The position numbers and the translations under genes are program-made. A DNA stretch of 64,000 bases from the human T2T-CHM13v2.0 reference genome, Homo sapiens: the NCBI RefSeq assembly GCF_009914755.1, contig NC_060930.1, one strand, 5' to 3'. The notes under the pieces are model-generated. The model saw nothing but the letters and a program-made list of their open reading frames with translations, was not told the DNA's origin and searched no databases. Shown here piece after piece: positions 1 to 12,450 of this stretch; positions within the stretch are counted from its first letter, which is position 1; the number at the start of each line of letters is the position of its first letter.

Positions 1-1845
1 TCAAAGGAGCCCAGTTTCTAGTTGGCTTGGACAAAGTCTCAAATGAACTATGAAAAGAATAATCACAAATTAACTGCAAGACTAAATTAGGTGAACAAAT
101 CAAGGTGCACAGAAGAAAAAGCAGGAATTATTGATGGGTGATCATAGACGGCTGTTGCTGAGTTGCATAAAATACCCTTAAACAGCCAGAAAATGAATTA
201 CTTCTGGTTAACGGAACAGCTGAAGCAAAGCTGTAGAGTTGTGAAATTTCTTAATCTGTTCGCAGAACAAAGACTACACTTGGGTGGCCAGAGCAGAGGG
301 TCATTGGAAGGATAAAATAAGGTTGGAATAGCAATCTAGAGATATCTGAATGCCATCTGAAAAGTCTGAACTTAATTCTATAAGAACATGGGAAATTATT
401 TTGGGTAGGAGTGTGTCTAGTTATCATTAAGAAGAGATTGTTAGGACTATATATAAACTCATCATCAGAAAAAAAAAACTGTAATTTGCCATGTTAGCTC
501 TAAATGATGAAGTGTAGATAATTTTTTTAGATATGGATTCCGTCTGCCCTGAATTCTTCCTTCCTCTTAAGATTTCAAACTGAATTAAATATTCTTTCCT
601 GACATTTAAAGTTACTTCTGTTCCCAACAGGGATAGGAATACCATTGGCATAATGTTCTGTAAAATGTTTAGATACACTTGGCATCTTGTCTTGTCTGCA
701 ATACATTTATTCTACAGCCTCTGTCTTTCCCAGTTTGGCTCACTGATCTATTTTACCTATAGTATATCCTATCCTTCATTCTTGGTACATTCTGCAATAA
801 AACAAGTCTCCCAACTCAGGTTTCTTTTATTCTGCTAAAGTTTGGTATTCAGAGATCTTGGTGTTGATCTTGGCTCTTTGTCTGCCAACCATACCCTGGA
901 TCCAGTGCCCCCTAATGGCACCAACCCAACATGTATTTTGCCAACTCTTCTTCCTGTCACTCCTCACTGCCAGCCTTGAAATTAGAGTTCTATTCCTGAA
1001 CCCATACCAGTGACCAAGGCCTTGCTTCCTATGAACTAAGGGATCTTGGCGGCTTGTCATTTTACCTCATTTGTAATTCCTGCCCAAGTCCTATTGCTAA
1101 TTCTTATCTGACTACATTCCTAGCTAATCTATGGATTAGCTAGGAGAGTTCTCTGGCCCTGTCTACTTATTGGATAACATCTTTTGTCAAATCTTAGGAT
1201 TTTATTCCTTCTCGCATTTTCCTATTGTTGTTAGGAACCATTGTATCTCAAATATGAGTTCCCTATGTAACAGTCAGTACAATTGTAGAGTCTGCTAAAA
1301 TATAGAAAACTGGAAACTCACAGAAGATCGACAGAATATGAACTTTTGCCCCACATGAATTAACATGATGATCAAAGGCTGTTTAGTCTGCATGAAGGCT
1401 TGAAGGAATCAAAAGTTTAGTGCTTTCCCTTAACTTAAGCAAGTAAACGTCTGTACTGCTATGTTCTATGACAGGCTCTAGATGGAGGTGACTGATTTCT
1501 CCTCATGTCCTGTCATCACCTTGCTTCCCAGCTAGAGTTAAAATTGTATTTAATCACAGGAATATGTCAGGAATGCAAACAGGAAGGAAAGGAAACAGGT
1601 CAATTGATTGTTTATTGGTCCGCTGGCTAATCCCATAGCAAAAAGAAAGTCTCACTTACTTTTTAGAGATCTAAATTGTTCAGCCAAAAATAGGACAGTC
1701 AAGAGACAGTATACTCAAGAAAAAAAAAATTGAAGAAAATTTTTTAAAGAAACTTTGTATCTTAATTGTATTTTCTCTATGTTATTACTAGTTACTGATT
1801 TTAGAATCTTACATTTCACAGCATGTGCTGGACTAATCAAGTCTT

Positions 1846-1979
1846 GTGGTTCCCAAACCTGGAGGATTATGGGTTCCCTCCTAGACCTCTGGAATGAAGA
1901 TCTCCCAGTGGTGGTGCCCTGGAATCTGTGATTTTAATAAGTTCCTCAGGTGATATGAATGATATACTAGGAAGCACTG
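1846..1979. mobile_element. MER5-family hAT-Charlie MITE relic
   Basis: Ends gtggttcccaaa / gaagcactg resemble MER5 terminal inverted repeats; internal ggaatctgtgattttaataagttcctcaggtgat matches the recalled MER5A/B consensus. Confidence 0.7.
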
Positions 1980-2022
1980 ATGCACAGTTCAGAAATATTA
2001 AAATGATGTTAATTTAAATTAT

Positions 2023-2054
<32 letters not shown>
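2023..2054. repeat. (AC)n(TA)n compound microsatellite in place of the Alu A-tail
   Basis: Directly visible; abuts the 3' end of the minus-strand Alu. Confidence 0.95.
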
Positions 2055-2342
2055 GAACTGTGTCTTGCTCTGTTGCCCAGGCTTGAGTGCAGTTGTGCAA
2101 TTTCAGCTCACCGCAACCTTCGCTTCCCACGTTCAAGCAATTCTCCTGCCTCAGCCTCCTGAGTAGCTTGGATTACAGGCACCTGCCACCATTCCCAGCT
2201 AATTTTTATATTCTTAGTAGAGACAGGGTTTCACCCTGCTGCCCAGGATGGTTTTGAACTCCTGACCCTGACCTCAAGTGATTCTCCCACTTTGGCATTC
2301 CAAAGTGCTGGGATTACAGGCGTGAGCCACAGCGCCCAGTCC
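2055..2342 (-). mobile_element. Alu (AluS class), full-length dimer
   Basis: tcttgctctgttgcccaggc ... caaagtgctgggattacaggcgtgagccac; 6-bp internal duplication cctgac near 2262. Confidence 0.97.
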
Positions 2343-2363
2343 TTAGTTTAATTGGTAGCTGTC

Positions 2364-2718
2364 TATCTTAGTGTGTTTGGGCTGCTGTAATAAAATACTC
2401 TAGATTGGATGGCTTATAAACAACAGAAATTTATTTCTAACAGTTTTGGAAAGTGAGAAGTCAAAAATCAAGGCATCAGCAGGTTTAGTGCCTGGTGAGG
2501 GCTACTTCCTGGTTCATAAACAGTCTTGTCTCGCTGTGTCCTCTCATGGTAGAGAGAGGAAGCACTCCAAAGTCTCTTTTATAAGGGTACTAATCCCATT
2601 CACTAGGGCTGAACCAAATCACTCACTTACCAAAGGCCCTACCTCCTAATACCATCACTTTGGGGATTCAGATTTCAAAATAGGAATTTTGGGGCAGCAC
2701 AAATATTAGTTTATAGCA
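2364..2718 (-). mobile_element. MaLR solo LTR (MLT1A/MST type)
   Basis: tatcttagt...gggctgctgtaataaaatac...ggcttataaacaacagaaatttattt...ataagggtactaatcccattc...tatagca; typical ~350-bp length. Confidence 0.9.
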
Positions 2719-5700
2719 CTTCCTTTTTAGGTTTTTCTTTTAGAACTAGAATATGCTTTACAGATGAGTTAATTGTGTTCTCGATATGTTTTTAAGTCAT
2801 AATTACCACTTCTCAGGGTAAAAATGAAACAATTAGATAATCTGAGTGAGTTTAGTTCAGTGAGAGAAGTTAGTGAGAAACATGAGAAAATTTGATGGGG
2901 TAGTGGTAAATGAGGTTTGCAAGCATTTGCAGAAACCAGAAGGATGGTTTTATTCTTTTGTAAAAGGATGGGTTTTGCCTAGGGGAGTTAGTTAACTAGG
3001 GGCTTGACATTTTTCAGTTATTACAACAGCTGTTATAGTTTGTGCATACTGTAGACAGAAAATTCAGGCTATGTCTCAGTAAAAATATCAATATCATTAT
3101 TGAGATGGCAGTCGTTTTCATAGTTTTTAAAATTTGATTCTAAAAATATAAAACTGGAAAGTCTTGATAAAAGTTTAAAAGGATCCTATTTGTTTACTAA
3201 TCTCACCAGACACAGACATCAGGAGATATGAGGATAGGCAGGTAGCAGTTAGGGTAAAATGAAGAGAGGTTCTGTAAAATTTACTCCTGGGCTTCCAATA
3301 TTGCCTTGAATATCAGTTGAAAAATCCTACTTAAGAATCTGTCCAGGTGAGTCACTTAAGGCCAATGACAGACTGAAATAATGAAGAGACTCAGTCGTCT
3401 AGAGTAGGACATATGACAGGTAATATGAAAGAGGAAGAAACAATTTTCCCATGACGGCAAACAGAATTTGAAATCCTCTCACTGAAGGAGCCCAAGAAGT
3501 TACAGAGATCATCTCCCATCATAGTTTAACACTGCCAGGCAAATCAGTGCAAGCCAAGCAAGATTAATGTCAATTTTAGAGAGCACCAGAGGGGCATTGA
3601 ACACTTGACTAATTATATTATTCTAGTTTTTCACAGAGCTTGCTGCAAGATAAAGCTCTCATCTACTTCATTTAAATCATCTCCTTGGAGCATTATCTTA
3701 TTTTTTTTCTTATACTTCCTTAGTGGAGTTGGGGAACAGCTGGTAAACTCACCTCTCAATGGTATTTATGACTATGATATTTTCTTTAAAAATTCAAAAG
3801 CTCTAAAGAAGACTTTTTAGAGACTTCCACCTCAATTAAGGTTATTTTCTTTCTTTTTTTTTTAAATAAATATTTGTCAACAGAGCTGAATGGATAGATT
3901 ACACAAGACAATTTTTCATCTGGATTTCAGCTCTATCTGAACTTTAGTATATTTGGAAAATGATTACAAATATGTGCAGTCCTTTTGAATTGACATTTAA
4001 TTAATAATATTAATAATTAAAAAGTTCTGTGCAGTCCAAACTTTAGACAGCCCATCTGTTACACACTTGGATTTCTTCTTGGGTACACAGAGGTTCTAGG
4101 CAAATTATTTTTGTCGTTTCGAAATGCAATTAACAGATCATCAGCCATTAGCTTTGTTCCCTTCTCCTTCTCTTTCTCTCACTGTTTTCTGTCAGTTCTG
4201 GGGATTTTCCTTCTTTCATTTTCTCTGGTGATCTTGCTATTTTATTCACCTCTTTATTACTTAAAAACCCATTAGTTCTTTCACTCCTACTCTATGATTT
4301 TAGGTGAGGCATATTTACCATATCCTTTTACTCCTGTAAAAATACTGCCAAACATAACATATTGATAATCATTGAAAATAAAATGATGTTGTCCTCTCTA
4401 GTGATCCAAGAAAATGAGGAAAGGCTGAAGCAGAATTTATTTATTATTCATTCATTTAGTGTCAGAGTACAAGCCCTGACGTTATCCTTAGCTCCCCTGT
4501 TTAGGAAGCATACACAGCTGTTTCTGATCTTTTTCACAAAGTGTATGTGGAGGCTTCACCCTTTTCCTTTATCTTCCCCTATGCCATTAATAAAATATTT
4601 TTCTGGGGGAATGAGGAGACAGTGACATAGAGGAATCCCTATTTCCTTGAGTAATAGGATCACACGAGCAGAAAGAACTATGATTTATTCTGGTACTTAT
4701 AGTCCATTGAATCTCGTTTGCGCAAGAAAGGCAAATGAAGCCACAATTAGCTATTGGGGGTCATTAGAGAGGCTACTGTGGTAGTGTAAAGTCTGGTTCT
4801 AAGGTCTCCAGTGTGTCTTAGTGGGTGACAGCAATTGCTGTAGGTGACAAACAACCACCTGAGAGGGCAGCCTGTTATGCGAATGCTCCCTTAAAGAATT
4901 TTTACTTAGTGTAAAATTGTAAATTAATGTATAGTGATTCAATTTTGCTATCTTAGTGAATGGTATCAAATGAATGCTGTGCTAAATTTCCTAAATAATA
5001 TTCCTGCTTAAACACAATAGGACATCAGGGAGGTTTTTCCCTCCTGCAAATGGTAATTTAGGAAATGAGCCATAAGCTCATTCTGTGCACTGCGTGCACA
5101 AGTGTACCATAAAAAGCCCATTAACCAAAGTGCAAGTGAAATGGATCTGACTACCATGTGTCTAGCATGCCACCTCAAAAGGTGCCACTTAATAGCATTC
5201 CTGACATCACCTTGAGCCCCCAATGAGAAGGGAAAATGAGAACAAGGGAGAGATTTTTTTCCCCACAGTTAGCAAATCAAGAGGCATTTTGTCTAAAGCA
5301 AAGCAAAGTCAGGATTGAAAAAGCAACAACATGATATATCTTGGTCTTCTTCCAGAATCAGTGAGAGTCTCCGCCAAAAAGCAAGAAACAGTATTTGAAA
5401 TGTTTGAAAGGCAGAGGCCCTGCCAGCCCTCATCCACAAGGTTACTTGAGATGAGGATGAGGAGTTCCTGAATGATTGGGGCAACTTGTTGCCATTATCA
5501 GTTAAGGGTTAGAGAGCTCACTTGATATGTCTGGCCATTTTATCCAGTGGGAAAAAGGCAGCGTTTCTCCATGGCTGAGGGTGCATAAGGTCTGTGTAAC
5601 ATACCTAACTAAAGGATGACTCTAAACACAATAATAGGTTTGGTCAAATTTGCTTGACAACAGCCATTAGCCCTAAGCCCAGGCCATGGATGATGTGCCA

Positions 5701-6065
5701 GTTATCACACAATTTGATCATTTATCAATGATTACCTCTCCCTCAGGTCAAATGACACCTATAAGGAATGATACCAGGTTTGTCTCATCCCCGGAAAGTC
5801 CACACAAAATGCAACATTTTGACAAAGACTCCTGCTCAAAGTAGCATATGCTGAGTTGTGGAGTGGGGTGCAAACAGTGTCCCATCTGATAGCAAAACTG
5901 GTGCATTTTTCCTCTATACCCTGAGTCTTTTCAGGACCCAAAGGAATACGGAGGGAGAGCAATGTGGGGCCTGTCTAGAGAGTAATGTACAATCTGTATC
6001 CTGGCTCACATCTCCTGCCTTCTATGTGAATACAAAACAGAGTGGGGCACTAGAAATGTAGGCAA

Positions 6066-6159
6066 TTATAGATAAGCTTATGAAAAAATCAAATGTCTTT
6101 TGTCCCTTCTTCTTATAGATAAGCTTACACATTTAAAAAATGTATTTTGCCCCTTCTTC
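6066..6159. repeat. 47-bp tandem duplication (2 copies)
   Basis: ttatagataagctta starts at 6066 and 6113; both copies end in aaatgtNttttgNcccttcttc. Confidence 0.9.
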
Positions 6160-6849
6160 CTTCCTACTCTTCATATGAAGAAACAGAAACTGGAAATATA
6201 GAGTTTTATCAAAAAAGTAATTTCCAGGTCCTTCTGGTAAATAGATAACTTATTTTGTGGGTACAGGAATTTCTTCAGATAACTGAATCATTCATTTTAG
6301 GACCAAATCCTCTATATCAGGTGAGACCCATGACCCTAAACAGTGGCCTATCTCACTCATTATTGTATATTGCATTCAACACATATTTAAAGACCAATAA
6401 CTAAGCTAGGCTTTCAGGATATAGCAGTTTACAATATTATAAAAGTGATTAAGATAACTACATTGTCTTAGAAAGATTGGCATTGAAGTAAATTAAAAAT
6501 AAAGATTGGTTTTCTTCTTGCTGTTGTTTCTGCTGTTTTTAAAGGGAGATTGACTCCAATTACACAAGGCTTTAAATGTTAGACTGAAGCTTCATTCCAT
6601 GGGCAGTGTGATGTAGGGTCCAATGAATGCAATGTTAATTTTGAGGTTAATTTAGTTGCTTTAAAATATTTTGTGCAACATGTTAGAGTTTATAGCATTA
6701 GGATATTTTGAAGTTACCTTAGAGAAAGTCTACCTTTCCCAATTTAGAGATGAAAAAACCCAAATCCACAAAGATTAAAATGAAACTTCATTAAAATGGT
6801 GGATTGAATGCAAATATTTAGTTATCCCAACAATAGAAAACCCACTCAA

Positions 6850-7085
6850 AAGACTATGAAAAGATACACAAAGATGAAGAATAGAAAAAACAAGGGCAAC
6901 AATATTTAGGAAGCTAGAAAGCAGATGGCTGAGTGTAACAGACCTGGCAGATTGTAGAAAACCATATCGTAAGTTAGCAGTAGGGAAAGCAGAGAAGCAA
7001 CTGGATTTACATCTCATCTCAGAACTTCCCAAAGCTGAGGGACTGGTGGTATCAGTTGCCCCTAGAGTGGAGCTTTTAGTGGGCA
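6850..7085 (+). mobile_element. Ancient LINE-1-related 5' fragment (HAL1-like)
   Basis: ggaagctagaaagcagatgg...agcagtagggaaagcagagaagcaactggatttaca resembles the recalled HAL1/L1ME 5' consensus. Confidence 0.5.
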
Positions 7086-8143
7086 TACATAACAGAACAT
7101 AGAGCCACTGTCATGTCCACAGGTGATTCATATGTTGAGAAAATTAAATAAATGAATGTTTTAAAGGGAGAACTGGGATACGGGCCTAGGAATATGACTC
7201 ACCATGCTGTGTTTTATTCATTATGTGTTTAGATATAGTGTGTGTGCATATATGAGTGTAGGTGAAAGAGAGAGGCTCTTAACGTATTATGTGCTAATAA
7301 AAAAGAATCATGACATATCTCAAAGCCATCATGGAGCTGTGAGTCATTAGAATTAAATTTTTAAAAATTCCTGTTCAAATGCCTACACTTAAAAAACAAA
7401 TTTTTTGAGTGAATATATTGATGATTTTTTCTCTTTTATTGTGAGTTGATTTTAAGGTTTTTTATTTATTTATTTTTTGGAGTGTTTGTTTGTTTGCTAA
7501 ATCATGGAGCTACTGGAAGAAATCTAATTTATATACTAACTCAGAGAACTCTACAAACTGGACAACCAACCACAGGTTGTGGTTCCATGTAAGTTTTAAG
7601 GTTCCCTGGGAGAAAAAAGCCAAGTCTACTTTAGGACTCATAGGTCTCCAGGGTTGTAGTTCTCATGTAAAGAGGGAAGAGGAAGGCTACTTCAAAACTG
7701 AAGAGTTTATTCTAATTTCTTCAGAGAAGAGACTGAACACGAAAAGGGGAAAAAAAGTTATTTACAAGGTATCAACAAAGAAGTGAAGTATTTAAAGACC
7801 AGATAAATGAAAGGTTATTAAAAGAAATGTTACTGTTATAGAAAAATAATTCTTCCACTGTACCATGACCATAACCAAAGTCTGGAATTTCGAAACAGAA
7901 CACATAGAAAGCAAAAAAGCAGGGAGGGAGGTATACAGAGAGAGTGAGCAAGTAGAGACCAGAGACCATGAAGGAAGATGAAGAACAGCCCCACTCCCTG
8001 AGAACACCAGCTAACTGAAGAAGCTGTGGTATCAAGAGCAGCTTAGGAGACATGGGGAAGGAAAAGAAATTTATAGTTGTGTGGGAGGGTTGAGGATGAT
8101 GGGAAAAAGGAGGGCACTAGTAATTTTAAAAGGTATGCATGGA

Positions 8144-8434
8144 GGCCGGGCGTGGTGGCTCACACTTGTAATCCCAACACTTTGGGAGGCCGAGGATGGT
8201 GGATCACCTGAGGTCAAGAGTTTGAGACCAGCCTAGTCAACATGGTGAAACCCTGTCTCTACTAAAAATACAAAAACTAATCAGGCATCATGGCTGGCAC
8301 TTGTAATCCCAGCTACTCGGGAGGCTGAGACAGGAGAATCATTTGAATCTGGCAGGTGGAGTTTGCAGTGATCACGCCACTGCACTCCAGCCTGGGTGAC
8401 GGAGTAAGACTCAATCTCAAAAAAAAAAAAAAAA
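8144..8434 (+). mobile_element. Alu (AluSx-like)
   Basis: ggccgggcgtggtggctcac start, A16 tail, TSD core tatgcatgg on both sides. Confidence 0.98.
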
Positions 8435-8544
8435 TTATGCATGGGAACACAGAATCAAATTCTAAACCTGTCATCAATATACTTTTTAAGCCATTTTTTG
8501 TAGACCATACACTTTGTGAACTGCACACTGTATGAGCATTTGTA

Positions 8545-8660
8545 GTGTATGCTCTGGTTAGTCTCAGATTTATGACTTTTTCCCAGCTTAATTATTAATA
8601 GCACCCTCTTCATTTTCAAAAGTGTCTTGGTGAGGATAGTAAATTAGATTATTGCCATAG
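8545..8660 (-). mobile_element. MER94-like hAT-Blackjack MITE
   Basis: taattattaatagcaccctcttcattttcaaaagtgtc matches the recalled MER94 core. Confidence 0.7.
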
Positions 8661-11600
8661 CATCAGGGAAGAAATTTAAAGTATCTTTGAAAGGAATGAG
8701 CAGGAAGATTGGGGTAGAAAAAATAGAATTTTTGCTGAAGACAATTTAAAAGAAATTTCATGGTTCTGTTTGATAAATACTAAGAAATTAAAATAAAGAA
8801 GCATGAATTCTAGAAAATTCGATGTTTTAAGAAAATATTAAAGTGATACCACTTTGGGGCAAGTTAAAGTTCAGTGATAGTGATATAGTTTATAATTCTT
8901 ACAACCATTATTCTTTACCAGACTCTATCATAGCCTAGGAGGCTATGTTAAAACACTCCATGGAGTAATTGTCTAAATATCATTTCTCTTTTGTTTTTTT
9001 TGTTTTATTAAGATGGAATTTTTGTTCATGCTTATGACATAGAATGAAAACCAAAATTTTTATTTGCTCTTTTTTCTCAAACATCATCACTTGTTTTATG
9101 GAAGATTATGACTTTATACAGCCACTTATAAAGCAAATGTGTTTGTATCTCATACCACAGAACCAGTAGAAAAAAAGGGTTATCTTTTAAAGTCTTTGGT
9201 CAAGGTCAAAGATCTAATTATATAGTAATCAACACAGATAAATTTATAAACTAAAAGACAATTAATATATATGTCATCAATTACATTCTCCTGTGAATTT
9301 CAGGTGGAATTTGGCCTGTTGTTGAAATGTTCATATTATAGTGACTAACTGATCATAGTTTACCTGGAGCATTCCTTGATCATCTCAGTCCTTGATAAAC
9401 TGCGATGATTATTTACTATCAGACTATTATAAAAAGATCAATAAAGTATCTCAGTGCTAAAAAAAATGTTTTCACAAAAATCCAAACTCTTGCTGATGTT
9501 TTAAAATATTACAGTTCATTTGTTCTTTGTTAATTTCTTATTTGCAGTTTGTCATAAGCAGCATCACAGCCAGAGGTGCCAAAAATCTTTACAAAAGGCC
9601 ATCCTCATGTAGCTCCAAGCCAGGTCCAGTAACAAAGAGCCAGAAATTTCCAGGCCAACTCTGAAGATTTAAAAGGTTCAGATAGTTCGGATAAGCTTTG
9701 GACAAGCAGCCAAATTATGGAAGCATATCTGAATTTCCTCCAAATCTACAAACCTTTTGAGGTTTGCTTCTCCTTATTCCAAAGCCACTGCAATAGCTAC
9801 AGCCTCTTCACAACTTTGCATGAGCAATAATGAGCATGAGATTACTGGAGGCGCCAAGTCACGCCATCCCCTCATTGTTTGGATAATAAAGTTCAGAAGT
9901 ACCGAGGATAATCTCACTAGAGAGACAGAGACCAACTTTTACTTATCATTCTTGCATTCACTTCCTTTTTAGCTAATTAAACCTTAGTTCTTCACAGGAA
10001 ATAAAATTTTGCAACCTTCATAATAGTTTGGCTTGGTAATATTGTGTATATCTTTCCCGGTTTGTCTGGAAAAACAGGAAAAGAGAGGTGCCAGTGCGAA
10101 GACCCAGAATAGTAAATTATCTTGTAAATTAGCAGATTTTTCATTTGCACGTGGCCAGGGCTGGCTGTGCCACTGGGTCAACAAGGATGCCTGCCCTGGA
10201 CCTCTGTCTGGAAGGCTTTGAGCAAAGGGGAGGATAAAGGGGGCATGATGGAAGTTGGAGGAGAATTTTCAGAACTACAAGTCAGCCGTCTCTATGTGTG
10301 CCCTACAAGTTTCTTGATGTGGCCATACATAAGCCTCTTAACAGGCCAGTTAAGAGGCTGCAGCATACACTGTGTAAGGAGGAGGGGAACAATAAGGCAA
10401 ACTCGTTTTCAGGTTTTAGTCATATTTAAGGTATATGGGAGTTGTCTGTCTTCTATCACCTTCATGGAGAAGCTGACTCCATGTTCACATGTAACTCCCA
10501 ACTTACTGTTTCTTGTCCCTTCAAAGCATAATGAGGAAGAGGCAAGAAGACAGATGTTATGGGGCCAGGATCTTCCATGATGTGACATGTGGCATTATGA
10601 ACTCTATTTCAAAAACAATCTGCAGAAGTTATTCTTTCTAACATATTTCTGAAGAAAGGTGAGGAGTGGAGAAAGTAGAGAAAGCTAGATTTATAGATAC
10701 AATTTCATACAATTAACACATTTAATCTCTCATTTGGAATTTTACATATGGAATCCAGTAAAAATTAACAAATGTTCATACAAGATAACAAACTGCCAAG
10801 TAATGTGCTAATTAAACAGATTTGGTGGAATAAAGAGGTGGAATAAATATGCTAAAATTAGAAAAAACTCAGCTGGAATGACTACATTTTTATTCCTATA
10901 CTTTGGAAAATCCTGTGATTCTCCCATCCCCAGTGGTTATACTATTAAATAATAAAGATTTATTGTAACTATTTTGCCTACTATGTGGCTAAAACCATTT
11001 TGGTTTTTATTAGTAGTATTTGAGCTTAGAAACATTGGCATCTCAAATATAAGAAAACCATCTTATTTTGTATAATAATGAAAAAGTATTAAGTCAGCTT
11101 ACTGTAAATTGAATAACAGATTGCTATTTGAAAGACACTTTTAGAAAAGTCTGTTATAAACTCAATGCCTCTTTTGTGGCATACCCAATTACTTCCTAAT
11201 TTTTTTCTTTTTTTGATAAATCTAAATTTTTGTGTATTGGATTTATGAAGAAAGAACCATATTTTAGATCAGCTTAAGATATAGATACTCATAGGAAACA
11301 AAATCATCTGTTGTCATGGCAAAAGAAAAAAAGGCATTCATTTAAGAATTTAGGCTTAAAACCACAAAATAATATTATTTTTGAATAAGAATATGGAATA
11401 ATTTAGATACCTGAAAGGACTCTGTAACACATCAACAAAATCAATTCATGAACCTGTAGAGGAGAACAGGCCATGAGATAATAAACATCAATGTTGGAAG
11501 GATAATTAATGTCAGATTAGGCTAACATACTTCAATGACTATAATAATTAAAAATGAAACATAGTTGCATTTTAGTGGTGTTAAATGAGCAATTGCTATG

Positions 11601-12344
11601 ATTAGAAAATTAGGTTTTTTTAACAAATATAAATACTCATGAGTCGTAGGTTGCATGAACTAACTGGTATGTTTTTAATATTAATAGCAATTGTAGCTGG
11701 GCTACTTCCAGTCGAAAGTAATACGCTTTCTCTGAGTGGCAGAGGGAGCAAGAAAGGAAGATCTTAACTCCAATTAAGATATTTTTGTTTTTGCAATTAA
11801 CAACGGGCCAAGTGTTTGGTAATGGGGGTTACAGTGGGGCTGGGTGTTATAGGCCCCCTTCAAAATATATCACCTTTTGTTGAAAATATCTAATGATGGT
11901 GATGATGGTTGTTGAAAACAATAAAATGTAAATGTGCCCATTCAGTTTCCTCATCTCCCTGTTAGCTAGTTGTGCCAGGTTACTACTCTGGCCCCTCACA
12001 TTGCTCTGAACTCCTCAGGCAGTGAGTCACAAGATGGGGCATGCCAGAGACTCACACCTCTTACTAAATTTGTGTTTTCTCCATGCAATTGGTAATTGGG
12101 ATGATTACCAATTACTAATTTCAGATAAAGTGTTAAAAGCTAATAATGGGTGCTCTTTCCAAGATTATTTCCTATAACAATCATGTGGTGGGGAAGACAT
12201 TTTGGGCTAGAAGAAGAGAAACAGGAAGAAAAAGGTGGGGGAGAGGACAGGTTTTTCTTCCCCTTAATACATGATGTGGGTAAGGCTGACTCTGTTAACA
12301 TCATTAAATGTTGTCGCCGAAGGAAGCTGAGATAGCATGTAGTT

Positions 12345-12450
12345 TAACCTATTCATTTTAGAGTTGATGAAACTGAGGCTTGGAGATGTTAAGCAGTTTT
12401 GTGGTTGAACAGGGATGAGACCCAGACATCATGAAGTACATTCTAGTGCA
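12345..12450 (-). mobile_element. MIR fragment
   Basis: cattttagagttgatgaaactgaggcttggagatgttaag MIR core. Confidence 0.7.

Noticed and set aside
3581-3598. gcaccagaggggca CTCF-like sequence
   Set aside because: Two mismatches, including the key C of the GGC core
10167-10580. 137-aa ORF
   Set aside because: Non-ATG start, no recognisable motif; ORFs of this length occur by chance in 64 kb
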